DNA of 64,000 bases from an uncultured Methylomirabilota bacterium (GCA_963705305.1 OY970067.1:2688001-2752000), one strand, 5' to 3'. Counted from the first letter of the stretch, positions 1-10,003 are shown. The notes: a model not told the origin generated them from the letters alone. Program-made: numbers and translations.

Positions 1-414
1 GTCCGGGCGGTGTTGGCCCATGACCTTCCCTGCATCGCCTGCATCGGAGAGACGCTCGACGAGCGGGAGGCCGGGAAGACCCTGGCGGTGCTGGAACGGC
101 AGATTCGGGACGGCCTGGCCCCCCACCTGAGCTCGGCCGGTCTGGTCGTGGCCTACGAGCCGGTGTGGGCCATCGGGACGGGGAAGACGGCCACCCCCGC
201 CCAGGCCCAGGAGGCGCACGCATTCGTCCGGCACCTCATTGGCCAACTGGCGGGGGACGCGGCGGCGGCCCGCCTCCGCATCCTGTACGGGGGCAGCGTG
301 AAGCCCGACAACATCGCCGTCTTGATGGCGCAACCCGATGTGGATGGCGGGCTGGTGGGGGGCGCCAGTCTGGATCCCGCCTCCTTCGCCACGCTGGTGC
401 GCGGCGGCAAATAA
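1..414 (+). CDS. tpiA: Triosephosphate isomerase, 3' part (truncated by window start)
   Basis: AYEPVWAIGTG, LYGGSVKP and LVGGAS motifs. Confidence 0.97.
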   Translation, partial: VRAVLAHDLPCIACIGETLDEREAGKTLAVLERQIRDGLAPHLSSAGLVVAYEPVWAIGTGKTATPAQAQEAHAFVRHLIGQLAGDAAAARLRILYGGSVKPDNIAVLMAQPDVDGGLVGGASLDPASFATLVRGGK

Positions 415-461
415 TCCGAGGCCGGGGGGCTCCTTCGGTTGGCAGTCCTGGGAGACGTTGC

Positions 462-824
462 ATGTACATCCTATTGTCTGTGTTTCATCTGCTCATCGCC
501 TTGGGCCTGATCCTGATCGTCCTGATGCAGGGCGGCCAGGGGGCGGACATCGGCGCCGCCTTCGGGGGCGGATCCAGCCAGACGGTGTTCGGGGGGCGGG
601 GCCCTGCCACGTTCCTGTCCAAGATGACGACCGTCTTCGCCGTCCTGTTCATGGTGATGTCCCTGACCCTCACCGTCATGGCCGCCAAGAAAGGAAGCTC
701 CTCGGTGATCAGCGACACGCGCCCTGCGCGGACGCAGCCGGCTCCGGCCACGCCTTCCCCGGCGCCGACCACCCAGGGGCCGGCCAGTCAGGGCCCGGCC
801 GGCCCGGAGACCCCGAAAAAATAG
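462..824 (+). CDS. secG: Preprotein translocase subunit SecG
   Basis: Two TM helices with IGAAFGGGSSQTVFG linker; follows tpiA; ATG at 462. Confidence 0.95.
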   Translation: MYILLSVFHLLIALGLILIVLMQGGQGADIGAAFGGGSSQTVFGGRGPATFLSKMTTVFAVLFMVMSLTLTVMAAKKGSSSVISDTRPARTQPAPATPSPAPTTQGPASQGPAGPETPKK

Positions 825-2461
825 TGATCGGACGCCGAACGTTCCTGGCACTCCTGGGCTCGGCCCCGCTGGCGGCATGCAGCCGGTCGGAGCAGACCGT
901 CGCGACGGAGGCCGGCAGCGACGGTGCAGCCTACGGCGACACGCTCGTCGAGGCCTCCATCGGGGACATCAGCGGCCTCATCCCCAACATCACCAGTGAC
1001 TCCGCCTCCCAGGAGGTGGGGGGTCTCATCTACTCCAACCTGGTCCGGACGGACAAGGACCTCCGGCTGGAGGGCGAGCTGGCCGAGCGCTGGGACGTCT
1101 CGCCGGACAACCTCACCATCATGTTCCATCTCCGCCGGGGCGTCCGGTGGCAGGATGGAGCGCCGGTCACGGCTCGGGACGTGGACTTCACCTACCGGTA
1201 CATGATCGACCCCAAGACGCCCACGGCCTACGGCGAGTCCTTCCGCCAGATCGCCCGCGCCGAGATCGTGGACCCCCTGACCTACCGGGTGACCTACAAG
1301 CAGCCGTACGCGCCCGGGCTGTTGTCCTGGGGGATCTGGGTTCTTCCCAGCCACATCCTGGAGACCCCCTGGAAGGAGGGCGCGGACCTCCGCACGACCC
1401 AGCAGAACCGCCATCCAATCGGCAGCGGACCCTTCGTCTTCCAGGAATGGCATGCCGGCGAGCGCGTGGTGGTGGAAGCATACCAGGATTACTGGGAGGG
1501 CCGTCCCTACCTCAAGCGGGTCGTCTACCAGATCATTCCCGACCAGTCCACGATCTTCCTGGAGCTGAAGGCCCGAAATATCGACATGGCGACGCTCACC
1601 CCGACCCAATACCGGCGGCAGACCGATTACCCGGCCTTCCAGAAGGAGTTCCGCAAATACCGCTACCTGGCCAATGCCTTCACCTACCTGGGCTTCAACC
1701 TCACGGACCCGCGCTTCCAGGACAAGCGGGTGCGGCAGGCCATGGCCTATGCCATCAACAAGCAGGAGATCATCGAGGGGGTGCTCCTGGGCCTGGGGCA
1801 GCCCGCGGTGGGCCCCTACAAGCCGGGCACCTGGTGGTACAATCCCGACGTGAAGACGTACCCCTTCGACCCCGGCAAGGCCAAGGCCCTGCTGGCCGAA
1901 GCGGGATGGACGGCGAAAAACAGCGACGGGGTGCTGACGCGCGACAGCAAGCCGTTCGGCTTTACCATCATGACCAACCAGGGGAACCAGGTGCGCCAGC
2001 AGACGGCCGAGATCATCCAACGGCGCCTGCGCGCCGTGGGCATCGACGTGCGGATCCAGGTGGTGGACTGGGCCGCCTTCATCAACACCTTCATCCGCAA
2101 GCGCCAGTTCGAGGCCGTCATGCTGGGCTGGGGGCTGGGGCTGGACCCCGACCAGTACGACCTCTGGGAGTCCCACCAGACCGGCCCCGACCAGATGAAC
2201 TTCGTCTCCTTCAAGAACGCCGAGGTGGACGCCTTGCTGGAGGCGGGCCGCCGGACCTTCATCGAGGCGGAGCGGAAGGCCATTTACGGGAAGTTCCAGG
2301 AGATCATGGCCGAGGAGCAGCCGGTCATCTTCCTGTTCGTCCCGGATGCCCTCCCGGTGGTGGCGGCGCGGGTGCAGAACATCCACCCCGCGCCGGCGGG
2401 CATCTCGTACAACTTCATCCGCTGGTACGTGCCCAAGGCCCTGCAGCGGTACACGCGCTGA
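824..2461 (+). CDS. Peptide ABC transporter substrate-binding lipoprotein (OppA/AppA family)
   Basis: GTG overlapping secG stop; RRTFL...LAAC signal; GELAERW, PIGSGPF and DKRVRQAMAYAINK motifs of SBP family 5. Confidence 0.92.
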   Translation: MIGRRTFLALLGSAPLAACSRSEQTVATEAGSDGAAYGDTLVEASIGDISGLIPNITSDSASQEVGGLIYSNLVRTDKDLRLEGELAERWDVSPDNLTIMFHLRRGVRWQDGAPVTARDVDFTYRYMIDPKTPTAYGESFRQIARAEIVDPLTYRVTYKQPYAPGLLSWGIWVLPSHILETPWKEGADLRTTQQNRHPIGSGPFVFQEWHAGERVVVEAYQDYWEGRPYLKRVVYQIIPDQSTIFLELKARNIDMATLTPTQYRRQTDYPAFQKEFRKYRYLANAFTYLGFNLTDPRFQDKRVRQAMAYAINKQEIIEGVLLGLGQPAVGPYKPGTWWYNPDVKTYPFDPGKAKALLAEAGWTAKNSDGVLTRDSKPFGFTIMTNQGNQVRQQTAEIIQRRLRAVGIDVRIQVVDWAAFINTFIRKRQFEAVMLGWGLGLDPDQYDLWESHQTGPDQMNFVSFKNAEVDALLEAGRRTFIEAERKAIYGKFQEIMAEEQPVIFLFVPDALPVVAARVQNIHPAPAGISYNFIRWYVPKALQRYTR

Positions 2462-2470
2462 GGAGGCGTC

Positions 2471-3460
2471 GTGCTGGCGTACGCCGTCCGCCGGGTGCTC
2501 ATCTCGATCCCGCTCTTCTTCGGGATCCTCTGCCTGTCCTTTCTGATGCTGAAGCTGGCCCCCGGCGGCCCGACCGTCGTGGAGCAAAATCTCCAGGTGC
2601 GCGCCTCCGCCGCCCAGCAGGAGACCCTGCGGAAGCTCTATGGCCTGGACAAGCCCGTCTACGTGCAGTTCGGACTGTGGATCTGGCGCGCGGCGCGGCT
2701 GGACTTCGGCCGCTCGTACGCTCCGGACGGGCGCCTGGTCATCGACAAGATCGGGGAGCGCATTCCCATCACGCTGGGCCTCAACAGCCTGGAATTCCTT
2801 CTCACCCTCCTGACGGCAATCCCGCTGGGGATCCTCTCGGCGACGCGGCAGGACTCCGTCTTCGACAAATTCAACACCCTCTTCGTCTTCGTCGGCTTCG
2901 CCACGCCCGACTTCTGGCTGGCCCTCCTGCTCATGATCCTCTTCGGGGTGCAGCTGGGGTGGCTGCCCATGTCGGGGCTGCGCTCGCTCAACTACCAGTA
3001 CCTCTCCTTCTGGGGGCAGGTGTGGGACCTGGTCTCGCACCTGATCCTGCCGGTCCTGGTGGCCTCGTTCGGGGGGCTGGCCTTTCTGTCGCGGCTGATG
3101 CGCGGAAGCCTCCTGGAGGTGGTCCGCCAGGACTTCGTCCGGACCGCGCGCGCGAAGGGATTGTCGGAAGGCTGGGTGATCTACAAGCACGCCCTGCGAA
3201 ACGCCGTCATCCCCATCGTGACCCTCCTGGGCCTCATGATCCCCGGCCTGCTCGGGGGCAGCGTGATCATCGAGACAGTCTTCAGCATCCCCGGCCTCGG
3301 CCAACTCTTCGTGCAGAGCGCCTACTCGCGGGACGAGCCGGTGATCATGGGGCTGGTGGTCATCGGGGCTAGCCTCTCCCTTCTGGGCAACATCCTGGCC
3401 GACATCTTCTACAGTGTAGTGGATCCCCGGATCCGCGTATCGGGGAAGGGGGCGGGATAG
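2471..3460 (+). CDS. Peptide ABC transporter permease (OppB/DppB)
   Basis: FVRTARAKGL EAA loop, IIETVFSIPGLG. Confidence 0.95.
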   Translation: MLAYAVRRVLISIPLFFGILCLSFLMLKLAPGGPTVVEQNLQVRASAAQQETLRKLYGLDKPVYVQFGLWIWRAARLDFGRSYAPDGRLVIDKIGERIPITLGLNSLEFLLTLLTAIPLGILSATRQDSVFDKFNTLFVFVGFATPDFWLALLLMILFGVQLGWLPMSGLRSLNYQYLSFWGQVWDLVSHLILPVLVASFGGLAFLSRLMRGSLLEVVRQDFVRTARAKGLSEGWVIYKHALRNAVIPIVTLLGLMIPGLLGGSVIIETVFSIPGLGQLFVQSAYSRDEPVIMGLVVIGASLSLLGNILADIFYSVVDPRIRVSGKGAG

Positions 3461-3461
3461 C

Positions 3462-4382
3462 ATGGCGGCTCGCCGGCATCAGGTCGGATCGGGCGGGTCG
3501 CCCTGGAAAGCGGAGGCCGGGCGCTCGCGCCGGGGTCTGGCCACCTTCCGCCAGAGCATCTTCTGGCGGCAGTTGCGGCGAAACCCCATGACCCTGGCCG
3601 GCGGGGCAGTCGTCATCGTGTTCGGCCTGGCCGCTCTCCTGGCGCCGCTCCTGGCGCCCTATGATCCCGGGGCCTATAACGTGAAGGAGATCCTCCTCCC
3701 CCCGGGCGCGGCGCACTGGCTCGGCACCGACGACCTCGGGCGGGACCTGCTCACCCGCATGCTGTACGGCGCCCGCATCTCCATGGCGGTGGGCTTCGTC
3801 TCGGTGGGGATCGCCGTGGTGATCGGCACCCTCGTCGGGGCCGTGGCGGGCTACTACGGCGGGAGGGTCGACGAACTGCTCATGCGCTTCGTGGATCTCA
3901 TGCTGAACTTCCCGCGCTTCTTCCTGCTCCTCACGCTCATTGCGTTCCTCCGCCCCAGCATCTGGGTCATCATGTCCGTCATCGGCTTCACCGGATGGAT
4001 GGGGCTGGCCCGCCTCGTGCGGGGCGAGATCCTGGGCCTGAAGGAGCGGGAGTTCGTCCTGAGCGCCAGGGCTATGGGGGCTCGGGATGCCCGGGTCATG
4101 CTTCGCCACATCGTCCCCAACGCCCTGGTCCCCATTCTGGTCTCGGCGACCCTGGGAGTCGCCGGCGCCATCCTGGCGGAGTCCGGCCTCTCGTTCCTGG
4201 GCCTGGGCGTCCAGCCCCCCACGCCGAGCTGGGGGAACATCCTCATCGAGGGGAAAGCCAATATCGAGATCGCCTGGTGGCTGTCGGTATTCCCCGGCAT
4301 GGCCATTCTGATCACGGTTCTGGCCTACAATCTCTTCGGAGAAGGCCTGCGGGACGCCCTGGATCCCCGCCTGCGACAGTGA
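3462..4382 (+). CDS. Peptide ABC transporter permease (OppC/DppC)
   Basis: HWLGTDDLGRD, EFVLSARAMGA and GLRDALDP motifs. Confidence 0.95.
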   Translation: MAARRHQVGSGGSPWKAEAGRSRRGLATFRQSIFWRQLRRNPMTLAGGAVVIVFGLAALLAPLLAPYDPGAYNVKEILLPPGAAHWLGTDDLGRDLLTRMLYGARISMAVGFVSVGIAVVIGTLVGAVAGYYGGRVDELLMRFVDLMLNFPRFFLLLTLIAFLRPSIWVIMSVIGFTGWMGLARLVRGEILGLKEREFVLSARAMGARDARVMLRHIVPNALVPILVSATLGVAGAILAESGLSFLGLGVQPPTPSWGNILIEGKANIEIAWWLSVFPGMAILITVLAYNLFGEGLRDALDPRLRQ

Positions 4383-4482
4383 TCAATTGAAAACCGACAA
4401 CCGACGATTGAAAACCGGACAACTGGAGGCAACGACCGCTTTTCGGTTTTCAATTGTCGGTTTTACATCGTCGGTTTTGGAT
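4383..4482. repeat. Palindromic element built from AATTGAA/AACCGAC heptads, copy 1
   Basis: Left arm caattgaaaaccgacaaccgacgattgaaaaccgg; inverted right arm tcggttttcaattgtcggttttacatcgtcggtttt. Confidence 0.85.
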
Positions 4483-4504
4483 TCCGCCGCGCCGGGCTAC
4501 CTGA

Positions 4505-4540
4505 AAACAAAAAGCCGGCGGCCCCTTCGGGCCGCCGGCT
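4505..4540 (-). terminator. Intrinsic terminator of tRNA-Leu
   Basis: Stem AGCCGGCGGCCC/GGGCCGCCGGCT followed by a T-tract on the minus strand. Confidence 0.85.
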
Positions 4541-4553
4541 GTACCAACACGAC

Positions 4554-4638
4554 TGGTGGGGAAGGAGGGACTCGAACCCTCATGAGTTTCCTCACACGCC
4601 CCTCAAACGTGCGCGTCTGCCAGTTCCGCCACTTCCCC
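4554..4638 (-). tRNA. tRNA-Leu (anticodon GAG)
   Basis: Reverse complement GGGGAAGTGGCGGAACTGGCAGACGCG...CACGT-TTGAGGG-GCGTG, long variable arm, GGTTCGAGTCC, encoded CCA. Confidence 0.96.
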
Positions 4639-4751
4639 TTGCGGGCATTTCTACCGCCTCGCGCGGCGCATTGTCAACGAAAAACCTCGACGGACGACGC
4701 GGGATCTGGATCCTGCCGACCCCGCACGGAGACGGCCCGCCCGTCTGCGGC

Positions 4752-4918
4752 ATCAATTGGAAACGGACAACCGACACGGGCCAATTGAAAACCGACAACC
4801 GACGATTTAAAACCGGCCAATGGGATCCGTGGACCGGTTGTCGGTCTTAAATTGTCAGTTTTAAATTCCGCCTGCGGCGGGCGGTTGTCGATTTTGCATT
4901 GTCGGTTCGAAATTGTCT
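4752..4918. repeat. Heptad palindromic element, copy 2 (compound)
   Basis: caattgaaaaccgacaaccgacgatttaaaaccgg ... ccggttgtcggtcttaaattgtcagttttaaatt ... ttgtcgattttgcattgtcgg. Confidence 0.85.
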
Positions 4919-5032
4919 ACGCCCCTGCCCGACGAAAAACGTCGAGGGGCCCCTCCTTCGGCTTGAGATCCCCCGCTGCATCCGGTATGATAACCCTTCA
5001 GCGTGGGGTCTGGGGACAGAAGGGAGTGAGGC

Positions 5033-5701
5033 ATGCGGGGACAGCGAGCGGTGGTGGTGGCGGGGGTGGTGGCGCTGTTCTTGGCCGGCTGCGCCACTGT
5101 CGAGATCCGGGAGGCGTGCACGCTCGCCGGCCAGGTGACCGACGAGTCCGGCCGGCCGGTCGCGAACACGCCCGTCGTGGTGCTGGCTCGCTCACTCGAC
5201 CTGGAGACCAAACGACTGGAGTATCAGGAGCGCGGCCGGCAGGAGGTGCGAACGACCACCGACGCCCAGGGGCACTATCGCCTGGAGTTCGTCCCGGCGC
5301 AGCTGGGCAACAACTTCTACCTTTTCTTCTACGACAAGACGGGCTTCGACCAGGTCAAGTACCACAAGCCCGAGTCGCTGGACATCACGCAGTTTCTCCG
5401 GCCCGACCAGCCCCTTCGCGTCAATCAGGTCCTCCGGTTCACTCCGGCCTGGCCGGAAATCGAGCGGCAGATCGCCTTCTACGGGGCCGACTCGGAGCGC
5501 GCACGGATCCTGCGCCGGCACGGCCTTCCGGAGCGCCGGGAGCTCTCCCGCTCGGGAAACGAGAATACCGAGATCTGGTGGTACTACAGCGACGGGGTCA
5601 GCTACTGGTTCAGCGGGGACAAGCTGACCGGGGCCCACACCTTCACACCGATCCCCGGCGCCGCTCCCGCGCCTTTCCCCAAACCGGCGGCCGGCAGGTA
5701 G
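5033..5701 (+). CDS. Hypothetical lipoprotein with carboxypeptidase-regulatory-like beta-sandwich domain
   Basis: Lipobox LAGC; GQVTDESGRPV...TTTDAQGHY pattern; GAGG RBS. Confidence 0.75.
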   Translation: MRGQRAVVVAGVVALFLAGCATVEIREACTLAGQVTDESGRPVANTPVVVLARSLDLETKRLEYQERGRQEVRTTTDAQGHYRLEFVPAQLGNNFYLFFYDKTGFDQVKYHKPESLDITQFLRPDQPLRVNQVLRFTPAWPEIERQIAFYGADSERARILRRHGLPERRELSRSGNENTEIWWYYSDGVSYWFSGDKLTGAHTFTPIPGAAPAPFPKPAAGR

Positions 5702-5771
5702 GCCGAGCAAGGGGCCGCAGACCGGGAGGATCCCGCGGCGCGTCCTGCGTCCGATGGGCCGGTCGGCGGCG

Positions 5772-6821
5772 TCACGCGCCGGCCTGATTCTCCTGGATGA
5801 TCTGGATGAAGGTCTCGATCAGGCGCGCATCCCACCATCCCTTGGCGGTCTCCTCGCGCATGATCGTGAAGGCCTGTTCGCGGCTGTAGGCGGGCTTGTA
5901 CGGCCGCTGGGTCGTGAAGGCATCGTAGATATCCGCCACCTGGAGGATCCGGGCAGTCAGGGGGATGGCCTCGCCGGCAAGGCCGTCCGGATAGCCGCTC
6001 CCGTCCCATCGCTCGTGGTGGTGGCGGATGATCGGCAGGACCAGGCTCAGGGATTTCAGGGGGGCGCAGATGCGCTCTCCGATGACGGGGTGGCTCTGGA
6101 TCACGGCGCGCTCGAGGGGGGTAAGCGGACCCGGCTTCAGCAGGATGGCGTCGGGCACGCCGATCTTCCCCAGGTCGTGCAGGATGCCGCCGCGGTGGAG
6201 AGCCTTGAGGTAGTCGGGGGACAGGCCCAGCGCCCTCCCCAGTGCCACGCTGTAGCGCGACAGCCGCCCGCAGTGCCCGTTGGTATACGGATCCTTGGCC
6301 TCGATGCTGAGGGCCAGAGTGAAGAGCACGGTCTCGGCGTTCTCCAACTCGTCCGTATGGCGCTTGAGCCGGAGCAGGGACCGCACGCGAGTCATGAGCT
6401 CCTGCTCGTTGAACGGCTTGGTCAGAAAGTCGTCTGCCCCGGCCTCGATTCCCTTGATCCGCTCGGGGGTTGCCTGGAGGGAGGTGACCATGACGACCGG
6501 GATCAAGATGGTCCGAGGATCTGATTTCAGGCGGCGGCAGACCTCGTACCCGTCGAGCTTGGGCATCATGACGTCCAGCAGGATCAGGTCGGGCGGCTCG
6601 GCCGCGACTTTCTCCATCGCCTCCTCGCCGTCCTGCGCCGTGACCACCTGGTATCCCTGGCTGACGAGGTCATCCTCCAAGAGCTGGCGGATCAGCGCCT
6701 CGTCATCGACGATCAGGATCCGCGACCGCTCCTTGTCGGGAGGCAGGGACTCGGTGAGGCCTTGCAGGGGCTGGTTGGGAAGGGGGTGAGCGGCCGGCCC
6801 GCCCAGGGATGCATCGGACAT
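5772..6821 (-). CDS. Response regulator with HD-GYP cyclic-di-GMP phosphodiesterase domain (RpfG-like)
   Basis: REC domain (ILIVDDE, LLDVMMP) plus LHDLGKIG, HHERWDGSGYP; start codon uncertain. Confidence 0.93.
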   Translation of the reverse strand: MSDASLGGPAAHPLPNQPLQGLTESLPPDKERSRILIVDDEALIRQLLEDDLVSQGYQVVTAQDGEEAMEKVAAEPPDLILLDVMMPKLDGYEVCRRLKSDPRTILIPVVMVTSLQATPERIKGIEAGADDFLTKPFNEQELMTRVRSLLRLKRHTDELENAETVLFTLALSIEAKDPYTNGHCGRLSRYSVALGRALGLSPDYLKALHRGGILHDLGKIGVPDAILLKPGPLTPLERAVIQSHPVIGERICAPLKSLSLVLPIIRHHHERWDGSGYPDGLAGEAIPLTARILQVADIYDAFTTQRPYKPAYSREQAFTIMREETAKGWWDARLIETFIQIIQENQAGA

Positions 6822-7188
6822 GCTGGGATCTCCAACAAAAACTCGCAGGGCGGGAGGCACCGCCAACGTCGTCAGGGACCCTCTTCCCTCGAAGGACCGG
6901 CCAACACTTGCGTTCTTTGCGGGCGGGCACGAGACGCCGCCGAACCGCCAACTTGAGAGTGTTTAGCACACCGTACGATTGGCGTCAAGCAGCCTTTTCC
7001 GTTGCTTTTTCCCCGAGGGACTGATAGAAGAACGGGGTGATCGCAGGCAGTGAGACCGGTCCGGAGGTGATCCAGCCCCTGCGGGAATGGGCCGCCGATC
7101 GGAATACCCGCCCCTGGAAGATGCACGGAAACATCCCCCTATGAGGGCCGCGCCGGAGAGGAACGCCGCGTCTCCGAAGGAGGGCACC

Positions 7189-7557
7189 ATGCCGAAGGTC
7201 CTGGTGGTGGATGACGAGCCGGATGCGGTCGAATTGCTCCAGGAGTTCCTGACGGCAAAAGGCTACGAGGTGAGCGCAGCCTTCAACGGGGAGGAAGCCC
7301 TCGAGAAGGTGAAGACCGACCGTCCCCACCTCATCCTTCTGGATGTGCGCATGCCGGGGATGAACGGATTGGAGACGCTCCGGCAGATTCGCCAGATCGA
7401 CCAGGAAGTCGGGGTGATCATGGTCACGGCGGTCAACGAAGAGGAGACCGGCCGGCAGGCGCTCGAGCTTGGGGCGTTCGATTACCTGGTGAAGCCGCTC
7501 GATCTCGGATACCTCGAACGCAGCCTGTGGTACAAAATCACCACGATGTTGCTTTGA
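7189..7557 (+). CDS. Single-domain response regulator
   Basis: VLVVDDE, LLDVRMP, DYLVKP; AGGAGG RBS. Confidence 0.92.
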   Translation: MPKVLVVDDEPDAVELLQEFLTAKGYEVSAAFNGEEALEKVKTDRPHLILLDVRMPGMNGLETLRQIRQIDQEVGVIMVTAVNEEETGRQALELGAFDYLVKPLDLGYLERSLWYKITTMLL

Positions 7558-7568
7558 ACGGATCCGCG

Positions 7569-7656
7569 CAATTCAAAACCGACAACTGACAATTAAAAAC
7601 CGGACAAGAATGTTCGAATGACCGGTTGTCGGTTTTGCATTGTCGGTTGTATATTC
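7569..7656. repeat. Heptad palindromic element, copy 3
   Basis: caattcaaaaccgacaactgacaattaaaaaccgg ... ccggttgtcggttttgcattgtcggttg. Confidence 0.85.
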
Positions 7657-7795
7657 CGCCCGCGATGGCGGCTCGGCACGAGGCGACACCGGTGCGGGCG
7701 ATTGAAGATTGACGACACACCCTAGCCGGGCGTATCGTGCCCCCGAGGCTGTGGTCTCTTGCAGGCGACGCGATCGAGGGGGGAGGAAAGACGAC

Positions 7796-9661
7796 ATGCA
7801 AAAAACAATGCGAAGGCGCGGCACCAGCGGGCTGGCCGCGCTCGTGGCAGTCCTGGTGGTGGCGGCGTGGGGAGGGACGGCCGGTGCGCAGGAGGCCGCC
7901 TACGGCACGGCGGCTGCCGAGATCGCCGGGAAGATCGCCCAGGCCTTCCCCGTGGTGGAAGGCCAGGTCATCGGACTGGAGAAAGAGCGGGTGCTCCTGG
8001 ATCTCAGCGCCAAGGACAAGGTGATCCCCGGGCTGGAGCTCCAGGTCTACCGCGCGGGGGAGGTGTTCCGCCACCCCTATACCGGCCAGGTGCTGGGGCA
8101 GCTGGACCGGGACGTCGGCCGTGTGCGCATCCTGGAGGTACATCCGAACTTCTCGGCGGCCGAGATCATCCAGCAGGCCGAGGGGACGATGGTCCAGCAG
8201 GGGGATCATGTCCGCGTCACGTCGGCGCGCGTGATCCTGGCCCTCCCCAACGTGGACGTGACCGACGTGGCGGGCGCCAACGCCCGGTCGATCACCCGGG
8301 ACCTGCTGAACGCCCTGATCAGGACCAACCGCTTCGAAGTCATGACTGATCAGCGCATCCGCGGGGCGCTGGCCGCCGCGAAGGTGCCCAACCCCGACCA
8401 GTTCACGGACCCGGCCGTGCTGCAGGCCCTGTGGAAAGAGCTGCACGTCTCGGCCGTCCTCCTGGGGAAACTGAGCCTGCTGGAGAAAGGGGTGCAGTGG
8501 GACGTCCAGGTCCTCTCCACCGTGCGCGGGGACTCCATCACCCTGGCCAGCGCCCAGGCGCCGGACGTGGCGCCGCGGGCCGCCGCGAACCCGGGGAGCG
8601 AGTCGGCCGCCAATTCGGAGGCGCCCCAGATCGACCGGATCTCTCTGGCGTCCCAGGATCTGCCGTTCCGAGGCCAGGCCATGGCCATGGGGGACTTCAC
8701 CGGAAGCGGCAGCATGCAGCTGGCCATCACCGATGGGCAGCGCGTCTATATCTACGATCTGGCCAAGGAGGGGATCAAGCAGATCGGGAAATACGATGGG
8801 GCCGCGTCAGACAATGTGATCGCGCTGGATGCGGCGGACATCAACGACAACGGCGTCGCCGAGCTCTTCGTCACCAACTTCACGGCGGACAACGGGCTCC
8901 GCTCCTACGTGCTGGAGTACCGCGGCGGTAAGTTCGTCAAGATCCTGGAGGACGTGCCGCTGCACTTCCGGGTGCTGGAGGGGGCGGACGGCACGCCGCG
9001 CCTATATGCCCAGGGGGGCACCCTGGACAAGCCTTTTGACGGCCCGGTCCGGAGGTACACCTGGGTCGGCAACAAGTACGTCCCCGCCGAAGTGGTGCCC
9101 CTCCCCAAGCAATCGAATATCATTTACGGGTTCACCCTGGCCGACCTGGATGGCACCGGGGCCCCCAAGATCGTCCTCCTGGACGGGCACGATTATCTGA
9201 GGGTGTACGATCGCGGCGGGACAGAGATCTACCGATCGAGCGATCATTACGGGGGAACGGAGCAGGTGCTGGAGGCATGGCCGGAGGGAGGCAGGCAGGG
9301 CTCCTTTGTCGACTTCCAGCCGACTCGCATGTACGTCCAGGGGCGATTGTACTTCGGGGATATCCTGGGGAACGGGAAGAAACAGCTCATCGTCCCGCGC
9401 AATACCCCCTCCACGGGATATGCGTTCAAAACGCGGCTGTACGACAAGGGGAAGATCTTTGGCCTGAGCTGGGACGGCATGGCGATGCAGGACGTTCGGG
9501 AGACTCGAGAGCTCCCCGGCTACATCGCGGACTATGCCCTGGTTGACCCGGACGGCTCCGGAGATCGAAGGCTGGTGCTGCTGGTGGTCCAGACGAACCT
9601 GTTGGGGATGGAGAAGAGCCGGAGCATGGTCATTATGCTGGCCCTCAAACCCCAGGGCTGA
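7796..9661 (+). CDS. Exported protein with C-terminal FG-GAP/VCBS repeats
   Basis: Signal peptide; repeated DFTGSG, DINDNGVAEL, DLDGTG, DILGNG, DPDGSG Ca-binding-type loops. Confidence 0.8.
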   Translation: MQKTMRRRGTSGLAALVAVLVVAAWGGTAGAQEAAYGTAAAEIAGKIAQAFPVVEGQVIGLEKERVLLDLSAKDKVIPGLELQVYRAGEVFRHPYTGQVLGQLDRDVGRVRILEVHPNFSAAEIIQQAEGTMVQQGDHVRVTSARVILALPNVDVTDVAGANARSITRDLLNALIRTNRFEVMTDQRIRGALAAAKVPNPDQFTDPAVLQALWKELHVSAVLLGKLSLLEKGVQWDVQVLSTVRGDSITLASAQAPDVAPRAAANPGSESAANSEAPQIDRISLASQDLPFRGQAMAMGDFTGSGSMQLAITDGQRVYIYDLAKEGIKQIGKYDGAASDNVIALDAADINDNGVAELFVTNFTADNGLRSYVLEYRGGKFVKILEDVPLHFRVLEGADGTPRLYAQGGTLDKPFDGPVRRYTWVGNKYVPAEVVPLPKQSNIIYGFTLADLDGTGAPKIVLLDGHDYLRVYDRGGTEIYRSSDHYGGTEQVLEAWPEGGRQGSFVDFQPTRMYVQGRLYFGDILGNGKKQLIVPRNTPSTGYAFKTRLYDKGKIFGLSWDGMAMQDVRETRELPGYIADYALVDPDGSGDRRLVLLVVQTNLLGMEKSRSMVIMLALKPQG

Positions 9662-9779
9662 CGGGTGCCGGCGGCGGAGGGCCGGTCCCGGTGTTCCCGC
9701 GGAATCCAGCGGCGGCCGTGGGCAGAGGGAGGGGAAGAGGGTGTTTGTCTGCTCTATTCAAAATCCTAGAAAAAAATGG

Positions 9780-9809
9780 TTGACAACGGCGAACGGTGCT
9801 TGATAAGGT
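9780..9809 (+). promoter_or_regulatory. Sigma70-type promoter of the porin gene
   Basis: TTGACA (9780-85), TGnTAAGGT extended -10, upstream A-tract. Confidence 0.65.
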
Positions 9810-10003
9810 TCGGCCCGCTAGCTGACCTTTTAAATCGCGGGCTTCAAATATCACGTGCTGTTATCTCGATCACTGGATGGACAGCCAAGAGCGCTGCCAG
9901 CCGCAAAGGGGGGATGTGCAAAGGAGGAGCGACGCTTTCTCGGGGTGTTACCGGAAGATCCACAAAGATCGAAAGCATCAGGCTTGCAACGGAGGGTAAC
10001 CTA

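Noticed and set aside
788..3463. 891-aa minus-strand ORF and many other long antisense/alternate-frame ORFs (e.g. 24776-27304, 10001-11941)
   Set aside because: Shadow ORFs of high-GC coding sequence; they overlap well-supported genes and have no recognisable motifs.
4387..4788. 133-aa ORF
   Set aside because: Runs through the repeat, terminator and antisense tRNA-Leu; not a plausible protein.
4383..4918. Possible CRISPR array
   Set aside because: Repeats are heptad-periodic inverted arms without constant-length repeats and unique spacers; no cas genes in the window.
6870..7188. Possible c-di-GMP riboswitch near the HD-GYP gene
   Set aside because: No GEMM consensus could be recognised by eye; only a small hairpin near the RBS.
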